DNA of 50,804 bases from positions 1 to 50,804 of the forward strand of contig JALZVV010000098.1 of NCBI GenBank assembly GCA_023299935.1. Reading direction: 5' to 3'. Shown in pieces: positions 27,583 to 38,355 of the stretch (position 1 is its first letter; each line of letters begins with the position of its first letter). This DNA is from Dokdonia sp. (GTDB lineage Bacteria > Bacteroidota > Bacteroidia > Flavobacteriales > Flavobacteriaceae). A program made the position numbers and the translations under genes. A model generated the notes under the pieces. That model was not told the origin of the DNA. It ran no database searches and saw only the letters and a program-made list of their open reading frames with translations.

Positions 27583-30500
27583 ATGGCTACACAATCTCCT
27601 GTTACAATTTACAACGCCTCTGCTGGTACTGGCAAAACCTATAGTCTTGTAAAGAATTATCTTAAGACATTAATTAGTAGCCGTTTCAAGAACAAGCATC
27701 GTCATTTGCTCGCTATAACTTTTACAAATAAGGCTGTAGCTGAGATGAAAGAGCGTGTGCTGAGTACACTTAAGGATTTTGCTTTTTATGAAAAAAAGGG
27801 TGATGTCATTCCCGCCATGCTTATAGATATTGCTTCAGAAACAGGCATACACCACAAAACGATTTCGCTTAAAGCGGCGACATTACTTAACGAGATATTA
27901 CACAACTATGCCGCTTTTGATATTGTAACCATAGATACGTTTACTCATCGCATATTACGTACTTTCTCTAGAGATTTAGACCTTTCTGGAAATTTTGAAG
28001 TCTCTCTAGATGTAAAAGACCTGCTCACAAAAGCTGTAGATAGAGTGATTGACAAAACAGGTGATGATAGTAAAATAACAGAAGTGCTCGTTAACTATGC
28101 CTTGCAAAAAACAGACGATAATAAGGACTGGAATATCTCACGCGACTTAAATAGCATCGCTGCGCTTCTTCTTAAAGAAAACGATGCCGCCGCTATGGCC
28201 TCTATGAAGGATAAAAGTCTAGACGATTTTACCGCACTTTCTAAAACACTATCCTCAAAAAAAGCGGCCGTCTTAACCGAAATTAAAGCCAAAGCAAAAA
28301 GCCTTCTAGAAACATTTGGTAATCTCGGATTAGATGCCTCCCATTTTAATAGAGGTACGTTTTACAATCACGTAAATAAACTTGCTCAAGACCCTTTGAG
28401 CTTCAAGTTTGAAAAAAAGAGCAAATGGCAAAATGATATAGAGCATTATAGCTTCTATACTAAAAGCACAGATCAAATTACAAAAAGTAGCATAGCCAGT
28501 ATTCAAGAAGAGCTCATCGTTTTTTTTAAAGAAACATTGGCTATGTCTTTTGAAGTGCAAACACTTGCTGCTTTTCAAAAAAACATTGTGCCCCTTTCCA
28601 CTTTACAACTCATTAATAAAGAATTACAAAATATTAAGGAAGAAGAAAATATCCTTCTTATATCTGACTTTAATGCAATTATTCACAAGTCTCTAAAGGA
28701 CCAGCCTGCAGCTTTTATTTACGAACGTATAGGAGAGCGATATACCAATTATTTTATAGATGAGTTTCAAGACACTTCTGTCTTGCAGTGGAACAATCTT
28801 GTGCCCCTTATTGAAAACGCCCTTATCTCAGAAAACAAAGATGCCACAACCAATAGTTTACTTATTGTAGGAGATCCTAAACAGGCGATTTATAGGTGGC
28901 GCGGTGGAAAAGCTGAACAATTTATTGATTTAGCCGGAGGCAACACTCCTTTCATTTCAAATGAAACATCTGTAGTTTCTTTAGACAAAAACTATAGAAG
29001 TCATAAAACAATTGTTCATTTTAACAACGATTTATTTTCGCATATCGCACAAGTTTTTGATAACCCTACTTATCAAGAAATCTATACACAAGACAATAAG
29101 CAGAAGTACAATTCTGATGCAGAGGGCTTTGTCTCCTTGCAGTTTATTGATGCAAAAACTAATGAAGATGCCCATGAAGTTTACCCTCCAGCCGTATTAG
29201 AAATTATAGAAAAAGCTACGCACGATGGATTTGAAAAAAGTGACATCTGTATTCTAATTAGAAGCAACAAACAAGGGGCTCTCATCGCGCAATATCTCAC
29301 AGAACAAAATATACAAGTAGTATCTTCAGACAGTTTACTAATAAAAAATTCTGCTACGGTTCTCTTTGTAGAAGATATTCTCACATTACAAGACCAGCCT
29401 CATAATATGCCTGCTGCTGTGCGAGCCTTGCGTTTTATTGCGCAGCAATATTCTATTGAAGATCCTCACCTTTTTATGGATAACTGGTTAAGCAGTGAAG
29501 ATTTAGGTTTGTATCAGTATCTAGAAAAGCTTGATATCCATTTCTCAAGCACAAGATTTGCGGCATTACCACTTTATGAGGGTGTAGAATATATAATTAG
29601 AAGCTTCCGTCTCACAGCACTTGCAGATGCTTTTGTCATAGGCTTTTTAGAAACAGTCTTTAACTACAGCACATCACAAAATAGAGGTTTGATTGGTTTT
29701 CTAGAATATTGGGGAAAGAAAAAAGATAACTTAAGTATTCACGCTCCATTACAAAAGGATGCTGTCCAAATAATGACCATACATAAATCTAAAGGTCTGG
29801 AGTTTCCCATTGTGATTTTTCCCTATGCAGATGGAGAGTTGTATTCTTCTAAAAACGAGCATCATTGGTATGACATCCCTAATAATGAATATAACGGGTT
29901 TACAAAACTAATGATCGGGCATTCAGAGACTCTCAAAAAGTATAGTGAGCAGGGAGAAGCCCGGTTTACAAAACGCCATAGTGAGCAAAAGTTTGACTCA
30001 ATAAATGTGCTGTACGTTGCACTTACTAGACCTGTGCAGCGATTGTATGTGTTGTCACGCTTTCGCGAAAGCAAAATACCTAAATATTACAGTGACCTAT
30101 TCATAAACTATCTTAAAGATAGCAAGCATTGGGAAGAAAATAAGATGCAATATAATTTTGGAACCCTACAAGCTCCAATACAAAAGAATGGTTCTATTGA
30201 GGACACCATTATGATTCCATTTACTTCTTCTAGCAAAGAAGAACATAATATTAATATCATTACCCGAAAAGGAATTGTAACCAATGAAGAGGTCGAAAAA
30301 GCAATCTACTATGGAAACTTGGTTCATGACCTCCTAGCAGAAATTAATACCGTAAACGATATCGAACACGCACTACAGCGTTTTGTGTTAGATGGTCACA
30401 TCCTAAAGGAAGAGCAGGATGGATTTTCCAAGACTTTACATAAAATAGTGCGGCATCCTGAACTTGCGCCGGGTTTTAGCAAAGAAAACACCATCTATAA

Positions 30501-30726
30501 TGAAAGAGCTATCCTTTCTAAAGAAGGAAGGACATTCATTCCTGATCGTGTTGTAGTATCACCTAATGGACATACCACAGTTATAGATTATAAAACAGGA
30601 ATTCCTAAAGAAGAGCACAGTTTTCAAATAGAAAATTACGCTGTACTACTTCAAGAAATGAATTTTAATGTCGTTCAAAAATTTCTAGTATATATTAATG
30701 AGGAGATAAAAGTAATTAGCGTTTAA
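27583..30726 (+). CDS. addA: UvrD-family helicase with C-terminal PD-(D/E)XK nuclease (AddA-like)
   Basis: ASAGTGKT, TFTNKA, IDEFQDT, VGDPKQAIYRWRG, TIHKSKGLEF, YVALTR, PDRV...IDYKTG. Confidence 0.85.
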   Translation: MATQSPVTIYNASAGTGKTYSLVKNYLKTLISSRFKNKHRHLLAITFTNKAVAEMKERVLSTLKDFAFYEKKGDVIPAMLIDIASETGIHHKTISLKAATLLNEILHNYAAFDIVTIDTFTHRILRTFSRDLDLSGNFEVSLDVKDLLTKAVDRVIDKTGDDSKITEVLVNYALQKTDDNKDWNISRDLNSIAALLLKENDAAAMASMKDKSLDDFTALSKTLSSKKAAVLTEIKAKAKSLLETFGNLGLDASHFNRGTFYNHVNKLAQDPLSFKFEKKSKWQNDIEHYSFYTKSTDQITKSSIASIQEELIVFFKETLAMSFEVQTLAAFQKNIVPLSTLQLINKELQNIKEEENILLISDFNAIIHKSLKDQPAAFIYERIGERYTNYFIDEFQDTSVLQWNNLVPLIENALISENKDATTNSLLIVGDPKQAIYRWRGGKAEQFIDLAGGNTPFISNETSVVSLDKNYRSHKTIVHFNNDLFSHIAQVFDNPTYQEIYTQDNKQKYNSDAEGFVSLQFIDAKTNEDAHEVYPPAVLEIIEKATHDGFEKSDICILIRSNKQGALIAQYLTEQNIQVVSSDSLLIKNSATVLFVEDILTLQDQPHNMPAAVRALRFIAQQYSIEDPHLFMDNWLSSEDLGLYQYLEKLDIHFSSTRFAALPLYEGVEYIIRSFRLTALADAFVIGFLETVFNYSTSQNRGLIGFLEYWGKKKDNLSIHAPLQKDAVQIMTIHKSKGLEFPIVIFPYADGELYSSKNEHHWYDIPNNEYNGFTKLMIGHSETLKKYSEQGEARFTKRHSEQKFDSINVLYVALTRPVQRLYVLSRFRESKIPKYYSDLFINYLKDSKHWEENKMQYNFGTLQAPIQKNGSIEDTIMIPFTSSSKEEHNINIITRKGIVTNEEVEKAIYYGNLVHDLLAEINTVNDIEHALQRFVLDGHILKEEQDGFSKTLHKIVRHPELAPGFSKENTIYNERAILSKEGRTFIPDRVVVSPNGHTTVIDYKTGIPKEEHSFQIENYAVLLQEMNFNVVQKFLVYINEEIKVISV
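30058..30072. repeat. Iterated palindrome copy 9, in addA
   Basis: CGCTTTCGCGAAAGC, encodes RFRES. Confidence 0.9.
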
Positions 30727-30753
30727 TCTCTAAATTTGTGTAAAACTTATTTT

Positions 30754-31947
30754 ATGTACGGAAACATCCAACAGCACCTGCAAAAGGAACTTGAGAACAT
30801 TAAAGATTCTGGTCTCTATAAAAAAGAAAGAATTATTACTACACCACAAGATGCGGTTATTAAAGTATCTACTGGGGAAGAAGTGATTAACTTTTGTGCC
30901 AATAACTATTTAGGTTTATCCTCTAATAAAGAGGTGATTCAAGCCGCAAAAGATGCCATGGATTCCCATGGTTTCGGGATGAGTTCTGTACGATTTATTT
31001 GTGGCACACAGGATATCCACAAAGAACTTGAGCAAAAGATTGCTAATTTTTACGGGACAGAAGACACTATATTATATGCAGCGGCTTTTGATGCTAATGG
31101 TGGCGTATTTGAGCCTTTATTAGGCAAAGAAGATGCTATTATTTCTGACTCTCTAAATCACGCTTCTATTATAGACGGGGTGCGTTTGTGTAAAGCGGCT
31201 CGCTATAGATATCAAAATAATGATATGGCAGATTTAGAAACTCAGCTTCAAAAAGCAAACGAAGCGGGCTCTCGATTTAAAATTATTGTAACCGACGGCG
31301 TTTTCTCTATGGACGGGCTTGTCGCGCCATTAGACAAGATTTGTGACCTTGCAGATACATACGATGCTTTAGTAATGATAGATGAATGTCATGCAACAGG
31401 TTTTATAGGTGATACTGGAAGGGGTACGCTTGAAGCGAAAGGCGTAATGGGGAGAGTAGATATTATTACCGGCACATTGGGTAAAGCTATGGGCGGCGCT
31501 ATGGGAGGTTATACCACTGCCAAAAAAGAAGTGATTGAAATCTTAAGACAACGCAGTAGACCTTACCTTTTTTCAAACTCTCTTGCCCCTGCAATAGTGG
31601 GTGCCTCAATTAAAGTGTTTGATATGCTAGAAAACGACACTAGTCTTAGAGACACATTAGAAAAGAACACCAATTATTTCAAAAAGGGGATGAAAGATGC
31701 AGGCTTTGATATTATTGACGGAGACTCTGCCATTGTTCCTGTTATGTTATATGACGCTAAGCTTTCTCAGGACATGGCAGATGCCTTACTTCAGGAAGGA
31801 ATTTATGTAATAGGCTTCTTTTTCCCTGTGGTTCCTAAGGAAAAAGCCAGGATTAGAGTTCAATTAAGCGCGGCGCATACCCAAGAACATCTAGATAAAG
31901 CGATCATTGCGTTTACCAAAGTAGGTAGGAGGCTAGGGGTTATTTAA
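30754..31947 (+). CDS. kbl: Glycine C-acetyltransferase (2-amino-3-ketobutyrate CoA ligase)
   Basis: [43 protein letters not shown]. Confidence 0.96.
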   Translation: MYGNIQQHLQKELENIKDSGLYKKERIITTPQDAVIKVSTGEEVINFCANNYLGLSSNKEVIQAAKDAMDSHGFGMSSVRFICGTQDIHKELEQKIANFYGTEDTILYAAAFDANGGVFEPLLGKEDAIISDSLNHASIIDGVRLCKAARYRYQNNDMADLETQLQKANEAGSRFKIIVTDGVFSMDGLVAPLDKICDLADTYDALVMIDECHATGFIGDTGRGTLEAKGVMGRVDIITGTLGKAMGGAMGGYTTAKKEVIEILRQRSRPYLFSNSLAPAIVGASIKVFDMLENDTSLRDTLEKNTNYFKKGMKDAGFDIIDGDSAIVPVMLYDAKLSQDMADALLQEGIYVIGFFFPVVPKEKARIRVQLSAAHTQEHLDKAIIAFTKVGRRLGVI

Positions 31948-32025
31948 AAATAGCCTAAGAAGTGCAAATAAATAGAAATTATAAAATTTTCACAAAATTA
32001 TCTTTGATGATTACTTTTAACCACT

Positions 32026-32033
32026 TACTTTTG
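32026..32033 (+). promoter_or_regulatory. -7 promoter element of the ompA-family gene
   Basis: TACTTTTG. Confidence 0.55.
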
Positions 32034-32066
32034 CTTTTAATTAACACTTAAACTTAAGAATAGAAA

Positions 32067-33488
32067 ATGAAACATCTTAACAGATTTTTAGTTGCTTCAC
32101 TACTGATAATGTTTGTCGGCACAGTGAACGCGCAAGATGAAAACAATCCTTGGGCAATTAATGTCGGTGTAAATGCCGTAGACTTTTATCCTACAGGAGC
32201 AGTAGAGAACTCAATACCTGGAGTTGGAGGAGAGAGCGATGCGCTTTTTGACGAATTTTTCAATGCAGAAGATCACTGGAATATTGTGCCTTCAGTATCC
32301 TATTTACAAGTATCACGCTACATAGGAGACGGTTTTACTGTTGGTGTGGCAGGGTCTTTAAATAGAATTAGTCAGATTGGAGATAGAGTGCCTAACGGTG
32401 ATTTACAATATTACTCGGCTGATGGGGATGTAAACTACAGCCTTAAAAGTTTAATTAAATCAGAATGGATTGATCCTTACGTAACAGTAGGAGCAGGTTA
32501 TTCTTGGTTAGAAAGTGAAGACACTGGAAACAATATAGGATTTGGCACCGCAAATGGAGGTTTAGGTCTTCGTTTATGGATTGCAGAAAACTTTAATGTA
32601 GGTATTAGATCACAGTATAAGCACGCTTTTGAGGAAGACAGAAATAGACTCTTCCAACATGTAGCTACCTTAGGAGTTGCTTTCGGAGGAAAAGATACAG
32701 ATGGTGACGGCATATATGACAAAGATGATGCCTGTCCAGAAGTTCCTGGATTGGAAGAGTTTAATGGATGTCCTGATTCTGATGGAGATGGTATTGAAGA
32801 TTCTAAAGATTCTTGTCCTAACGTAGCGGGTCTAGCTGAGTTTGACGGATGTGCGGATTCTGATGGAGATGGTATACCAGATCCTAAAGATGCTTGTCCT
32901 ACTGTACCTGGAGTTGCTTCTTTAGCGGGTTGTCCCGATGCAGATGGAGATGGAATCAAAGATGCAGATGATGGTTGTCCTAATGAGGCAGGTCCTCGTG
33001 CAAACAATGGATGTCCTTACCAAGATGCAGATGGAGATGGAATCCTAGATAAGGATGACAACTGTCCTAATGAAGCAGGAACAGCTGCTAATGACGGATG
33101 TCCTGAGCCAGAAGTTCCTCAAATTTCTGTTGAAGTAATCAACGATCTTAACGTACAATTCCAGAACGTTCTTTTTGATTATAATAAAGCGACCATTCGT
33201 ACAGAGTCTTTTGCTACTCTTAATAATGTGGCTAACATTATGAAAGAGTACACTAATACTGTATTCTTAATTGAAGGGCACACAGACGATAGAGGACGTG
33301 ATTCTTACAACCTTAACCTTTCAGATCAGAGAGCTGCATCTGTAAGAAGTTACTTGACTAACAGAGGAATTTCTTCTTCTCGTTTACAGTCTAAAGGATT
33401 TGGAGAAGCTAGACCTGTTGCATCAAACGGTACAGCTGCTGGTCGTCAACAAAACAGACGTGTAGAATTATCGATCATTTCTCAATAA
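32067..33488 (+). CDS. OmpA family outer-membrane protein with thrombospondin type-3 repeats
   Basis: N-terminal barrel; five D.DGDGI.D..D.CP repeats; C-terminal IEGHTD...LS..RA...NRRVE. Confidence 0.93.
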   Translation: MKHLNRFLVASLLIMFVGTVNAQDENNPWAINVGVNAVDFYPTGAVENSIPGVGGESDALFDEFFNAEDHWNIVPSVSYLQVSRYIGDGFTVGVAGSLNRISQIGDRVPNGDLQYYSADGDVNYSLKSLIKSEWIDPYVTVGAGYSWLESEDTGNNIGFGTANGGLGLRLWIAENFNVGIRSQYKHAFEEDRNRLFQHVATLGVAFGGKDTDGDGIYDKDDACPEVPGLEEFNGCPDSDGDGIEDSKDSCPNVAGLAEFDGCADSDGDGIPDPKDACPTVPGVASLAGCPDADGDGIKDADDGCPNEAGPRANNGCPYQDADGDGILDKDDNCPNEAGTAANDGCPEPEVPQISVEVINDLNVQFQNVLFDYNKATIRTESFATLNNVANIMKEYTNTVFLIEGHTDDRGRDSYNLNLSDQRAASVRSYLTNRGISSSRLQSKGFGEARPVASNGTAAGRQQNRRVELSIISQ

Positions 33489-33524
33489 GAAGAAAAGAAA
33501 AATAATTCTTTCTAAATAATTAGT

Positions 33525-33555
33525 AAACGCCTCGCAAATTTGCGAGGCGTTTTTT
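33525..33555 (+). terminator. Rho-independent terminator of ompA
   Basis: AAACGCCTCGCA-AATT-TGCGAGGCGTTTTTT. Confidence 0.85.
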
Positions 33556-33566
33556 ATTTTAGGCCT

Positions 33567-36278
33567 ATGTCTACATTTATTCAGGGGGTTATTTCCGATT
33601 TAGCCCAAAAGCAACTAGATTTTTCCAATCTAGTTTTTGTTCTCCCTAGTAGGAGAGCAGGTGTTGTATTACAACAAACTATATCTACTGAACTAACACA
33701 TACCATATTTTCTCCCTCTATATTGAGTATTGAAGAGTTCATTGAGAATATTTCTGGACTACAGTCAATCTCATCCCTTGATGTATTGTTTCACTTCTAT
33801 GAAATATACCTTGAACTTACGCCTCTCGCTGAGCGAGAATCTTTTCAATCATTCATTAATTGGGCCCCTACCCTGCTAGATGATATCAATGAAATTGATA
33901 GACATCTTTTAAACCATTCTGAGATATTTAATCATATCAATGCAATCCAAGAAATGGATCATTGGTCCAAAACCGCATTGACCGAACTTGTCAAAAATCA
34001 TGTTAAATTTTGGAGCAAGCTCCCCTCTTACTATACAGGCCTAACAAATAAGCTATTGTCTCAAAATCAAGGGCACCAAGGATTATTATACAGAAAGGCT
34101 TCTGAGGAGATTGAGTTTTACATCAATACCAATCAATCCAGGCATCATGTGTTTTTAGGTTTTAATGCTTTAAATACATCAGAAGAACGAATTATTCAAT
34201 CATTGTTAGCTAACGGAAATTCTAGTATTTATTGGGATGCTGAGGAATATTTTATGAGTCATCCCACCCATAATGCTTCAGTTTTTCTAAAAAAGCACAA
34301 GGCCAACTGGAAATACTACATTAAGAATGAATTTAAGTGGATATCGAATAATTTTACCACCACAAAGAATATACGTTGCACCGGCGTTCCTCAAAATATT
34401 GACCAAGTCAAATACATTGGTAAGCTATTGTCTTCTTACGATGAAAATGAACTAAATAAAACCGCTGTTGTGTTAGGGGATGAAGGGGTCATTATCCCGC
34501 TTCTCAATTCTTTGCCAAATAATATAAAAGATGTAAACATTACCATGGGGATCCCATTGGGTCAGACTTCGATAGCTTCTTTTTTCCAAAATATTTTTGC
34601 CCTTCAATTAACTCATTCAGACAAAGGCTATTATTATAAAAATTTGCTCTCCGTTATTCAACACCCCCTCTCTGGGCATAGCATAGGTGCCGAAACTCTC
34701 AAATCCCTTACCGATCACCTAACTAAGAATAACATCATTTATATTTCCTATGATGACCTTATTACATTAGACCCTAAACAGAACTTAGCGCTTTTATTAT
34801 CCCCTTGGAACAATCAAGTTGCCCTTGCCCTCAGGAATACTAGCCAGCTCATCTCTTCTCTATTCCAGTCCATTTCCCATAAAGAAGACGCGCTCTTAAT
34901 TGAATATTTAAAGGGTTTTAGAAGAGCTTTTATCAAGTTAGAAACCATTTGCAGCACATATTCATATATAGAAAACATTAAAGTCTTAGAACGCTTTTAT
35001 TTAGATGTTGTCGCTAAAGAGGTTATCGATCTTCGAGGAAATCCTCATAAAGGTCTCCAAATAATGGGGATGCTAGAGTCTCGATTATTAGATTTTGAAA
35101 ATGTTATCATTACCTCTGTAAATGAAGGGGTGCTTCCTTCCGGTAAATCCTCTAATTCCAATTTGCCTTATGACCTCAAAATGCACTATGGCTTACCTAC
35201 CTATACAGAAAAAGATGCGGTATACACCTATCATTTTTACAGGTTATTACATCGAGCAAAAAATATAGAACTCCTATATACAACAGCTTCATCTGGGCTA
35301 GGTTCCTCTGAAAAAAGCAGATTAATCCTTCAGCTTGAGGCAGAAAGGGTTCATAACATAAAACATCAGGTTGCATCAGCACCAATACTTAAATCAACTT
35401 CTGAGATAGAATCAATACCCAAAACTCCTGCCGTCCAGGAAAAAATAACGCAGTTCCTTAAGTCAGGAATTTCTCCGTCGGCCATAGGTAGTTATTTACG
35501 TAATCCTCTGGATTTCTATTATCAGTATATACTTAGGGTAACACCCCCTAATCAGGTTGAAGAAACCATAGCAAGTAATACAATAGGCACTATTGTGCAT
35601 AATGTTCTTGAACGCTTATACTTGCCTTTCAAAAATAAGTTAGTCACTATAAATGACCTAAAATTACTATTAACACATAGTAAAACTAGCGTGGATGAAG
35701 AATTCAAGAGACAAAGTGGCTATTCCAGTTTACAAGGGCAAAATCTAATAATATATGAGGTGATCTGCCGTTTTATAGACAACTTTCTTAAGATGGAAAT
35801 CTCCTCGCTTAAGAGCGGCGCTACCCTGCAAATTGATTCTTTAGAAAATAAGCTCAAAACTACACTAATCCATCCAAGTCTTCCTTTTGAGATTAGCCTT
35901 AAAGGAACAGTAGATCGCGTAGACATATACAATAATGTCATGCGGGTTATTGATTATAAAACTGGAACGGTTGAAAAAACAGATCTTAAAATTAAGGCGT
36001 GGGAGGATTTGCTTGCGCCAGAGGGGAAATATGAAAAAGCTTTTCAGATTCTGTTTTACGCTTATATACTTAACAAGCAAAAACCTTTCAACGATGCTAT
36101 TTCTGCTGGCATAATTTCGACTAAAAAAATACAAAACGGCTATATGCCTTTTACCATAGGTAAGGAAACCCAAATCAACAAAGACACTCTGTATAATTTT
36201 GAAAAGATACTAATTCAACTTATTCAAGAGATTAGTAATCCTGAAATCCCTTTTGAAGATTCTGGATTTTCCTATTAA
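33567..36278 (+). CDS. addB: PD-(D/E)XK nuclease family protein with inactive helicase region (AddB-like)
   Basis: VLPSRRA, LQIMGMLESRLLDF, ISPSAI..Y..NP..FY, GTVDRVD...VIDYKTG. Confidence 0.8.
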   Translation: MSTFIQGVISDLAQKQLDFSNLVFVLPSRRAGVVLQQTISTELTHTIFSPSILSIEEFIENISGLQSISSLDVLFHFYEIYLELTPLAERESFQSFINWAPTLLDDINEIDRHLLNHSEIFNHINAIQEMDHWSKTALTELVKNHVKFWSKLPSYYTGLTNKLLSQNQGHQGLLYRKASEEIEFYINTNQSRHHVFLGFNALNTSEERIIQSLLANGNSSIYWDAEEYFMSHPTHNASVFLKKHKANWKYYIKNEFKWISNNFTTTKNIRCTGVPQNIDQVKYIGKLLSSYDENELNKTAVVLGDEGVIIPLLNSLPNNIKDVNITMGIPLGQTSIASFFQNIFALQLTHSDKGYYYKNLLSVIQHPLSGHSIGAETLKSLTDHLTKNNIIYISYDDLITLDPKQNLALLLSPWNNQVALALRNTSQLISSLFQSISHKEDALLIEYLKGFRRAFIKLETICSTYSYIENIKVLERFYLDVVAKEVIDLRGNPHKGLQIMGMLESRLLDFENVIITSVNEGVLPSGKSSNSNLPYDLKMHYGLPTYTEKDAVYTYHFYRLLHRAKNIELLYTTASSGLGSSEKSRLILQLEAERVHNIKHQVASAPILKSTSEIESIPKTPAVQEKITQFLKSGISPSAIGSYLRNPLDFYYQYILRVTPPNQVEETIASNTIGTIVHNVLERLYLPFKNKLVTINDLKLLLTHSKTSVDEEFKRQSGYSSLQGQNLIIYEVICRFIDNFLKMEISSLKSGATLQIDSLENKLKTTLIHPSLPFEISLKGTVDRVDIYNNVMRVIDYKTGTVEKTDLKIKAWEDLLAPEGKYEKAFQILFYAYILNKQKPFNDAISAGIISTKKIQNGYMPFTIGKETQINKDTLYNFEKILIQLIQEISNPEIPFEDSGFSY

Positions 36279-36419
36279 CAATAGCACCACTTAACAACTA
36301 GCCCATAGTTACTCTTGACTGTTAATTAAACTTAAAGCTACATAAATTAACCGCTAGCCTTATTACTCAATAATTTTAGATTCATCCATTTCTCACCCCA
36401 TCTCCTCAATAGCTTCTTA

Positions 36420-37598
36420 TTACAAGTTAAATTGAAGCCCCAACCTAAGCTGGCTATTCCAATCTAATGGATCTAGACTTTCTTGTTCATTGAGATTATT
36501 AAAATATTGTAATTTTACCATTGCATCAAACCCTTTGAGTTGATACGCTAGCGATCCTGAAAATCTTTTTGAATCACCTATATTGAGATCATTAAGATCT
36601 AATTGTTCGTAACGAACGGAAACGATAGTCTTTATATCCTTAAAAAAATAACTAAGCTCAGACAGGTAGCCTCCTGCAAGAATTTTGCCTTCTGTTTGAT
36701 CCGGAGTGAGTCCTAAAAATAAAGCGTCGTTTTCATTTTGTGGTTCGGCTTTGATCTGATGAATCTCAAACAGCCCCGAAAAACCCCTGTACTGAAAAGT
36801 AAAGTCCATACCATAAGTATATTTTTTGCCATCAATCAGTTTTAGTCCAAATTCACCTGCTGCCCCATCTGGAAAATCTTCGCCTTCTGGCAGGTTTTTA
36901 TTAGCAAACCGCCCATTAATACCAATTGCAAAAAGCGGTATGGGTGTATGCACATAATCAACCTGACGATATTTCATAGGAGCAGGATACGATAGGTCTA
37001 CTCGACCAATAAACTCCGGATTCCCACTAGCATCATTGTCTCCACCTCCACTAATTGAAGACTCTCCCAAGCCTGTATAAATTCCTGCATACGCATTTAC
37101 ACGCTTCTTCCAGAAGTCTTTATAGAGAGTTAATCCTACATCTCTACGGCTAAAAAAATCGCCACGAACAAACTGCGCCCTTTGCCAGTACGTTGTAGCT
37201 GGAAAAGGCGTAAGAGAACTTCTAGAATAAGGTAATTTGCTATAACCTACCTTAATATTAAAGGCATCTAACCCTTTATAAGTAACAAATGCATCCATCA
37301 AACCTGGGTTTTCAGGATCAATATCCCCAGAATTATTAGCGCCTATATCTGCAAAATCAACTTGTACTTCATATTCCCATTGGTCACTAATACGTCCTTC
37401 AACAATAAGCTGTGCATCTCTTAGTCTAAATCTGTTTTTATCACGATCGCTTTCTCCATCTTTTAAAAAACGTTGATTGTAAAACGTAGAAATTCTTGAT
37501 GAAATTTCTATGTTATGCTCCCCTGTAGAGAATGATACCTGAGCTTGAACAAAACCTCCTATAAAAAGGGTAAACAATAGGCAAAATGTGTTTTTCAT
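36420..37598 (-). CDS. Outer-membrane porin, OprO/OprP (phosphate-selective porin)-like
   Basis: Signal peptide; FRLRDAQL..EG, DAFVTY, KVG..KLPYSR, RRDVG; C-terminal LGLQFNL. Confidence 0.72.
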   Translation of the reverse strand: MKNTFCLLFTLFIGGFVQAQVSFSTGEHNIEISSRISTFYNQRFLKDGESDRDKNRFRLRDAQLIVEGRISDQWEYEVQVDFADIGANNSGDIDPENPGLMDAFVTYKGLDAFNIKVGYSKLPYSRSSLTPFPATTYWQRAQFVRGDFFSRRDVGLTLYKDFWKKRVNAYAGIYTGLGESSISGGGDNDASGNPEFIGRVDLSYPAPMKYRQVDYVHTPIPLFAIGINGRFANKNLPEGEDFPDGAAGEFGLKLIDGKKYTYGMDFTFQYRGFSGLFEIHQIKAEPQNENDALFLGLTPDQTEGKILAGGYLSELSYFFKDIKTIVSVRYEQLDLNDLNIGDSKRFSGSLAYQLKGFDAMVKLQYFNNLNEQESLDPLDWNSQLRLGLQFNL

Positions 37599-38329
37599 CT
37601 CTGAATGTTTTCTGGGTTGTTAAAATAATATAATCGTTCTAGTGCATCAGAGGCTATAATCAAATTTCCATCTGCTCCAAACGTTAAGCCTTCTGCATTT
37701 AAGACTGGTATTTCCCACTTAGCAAGAACACTATAATCATTGGGATTGAGTTTAAAAATAGTGCGATCTTCATCACTTAGTACCCATAAATGATGGTCAT
37801 AATAGGTAGCGGCAGAAATATCTCTAGCAAGTTTACCTAAGTTTATTTCGTTTACTTTTTCTAAGTTTTCGTCCAATTCAAAAACGTAAAGCGGGTCCTT
37901 CTCGACAAATAATGAAAAAACAGCTTTAGCTTTATTATAAGTAAACCCTTCATAGCCCTTGTTTCTTCCTCCATAGTAAGGAATTTTAACTGTTTTTTCC
38001 AAAATTAGATCTGGAAGGCTAAACATTTTTATTTTACGTGTAAATTCCTCAACTACATATACGTGAGACGTATTCACATAAACAGCCTCAACATCAAGAC
38101 CTTTATAATCTGCCTTACGTATAAGAGTGCCTTCAAGATCTGTCTCAAATAAATAACCATTATCACTTACAACAAAGAGAGATTTTCCATCTTGACTATG
38201 AGCAATATCTGACGGTTCAGGAACTAGAATGTCTATTTTCTTAACAGGATCTAGTTTTAATATCTCTTGAGCATAAACACTCGAAAAACATAGTACAATC
38301 CCTAAGATGGTAATTATCGTTTTTTTCAT
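37595..38329 (-). CDS. SdiA-regulated/YjiK-like beta-propeller protein
   Basis: EPSDIA, VVSD, DVEAV, NKGYEGFTY, DISAA, LSDED, AEGLTF. Confidence 0.8.
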   Translation of the reverse strand: MKKTIITILGIVLCFSSVYAQEILKLDPVKKIDILVPEPSDIAHSQDGKSLFVVSDNGYLFETDLEGTLIRKADYKGLDVEAVYVNTSHVYVVEEFTRKIKMFSLPDLILEKTVKIPYYGGRNKGYEGFTYNKAKAVFSLFVEKDPLYVFELDENLEKVNEINLGKLARDISAATYYDHHLWVLSDEDRTIFKLNPNDYSVLAKWEIPVLNAEGLTFGADGNLIIASDALERLYYFNNPENIQR

Positions 38330-38355
38330 AAGTTTTTTATTAGCTAGTATAGTAT

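Noticed and set aside
32498-33007. 169-aa antisense ORF with Ser/Pro repeats
   Set aside because: It is the shadow of the TSP3 repeats of ompA on the opposite strand.
32695-33105. Repeated GATGGAGATGG units
   Set aside because: Explained by the protein-level DGDG calcium-binding repeats of the OmpA protein.
36275-36298. TTAACAAT/TTAACAAC pair downstream of addB
   Set aside because: Spacing is 16 rather than 11 and there is no downstream gene on that strand; AT-rich chance match is likely.
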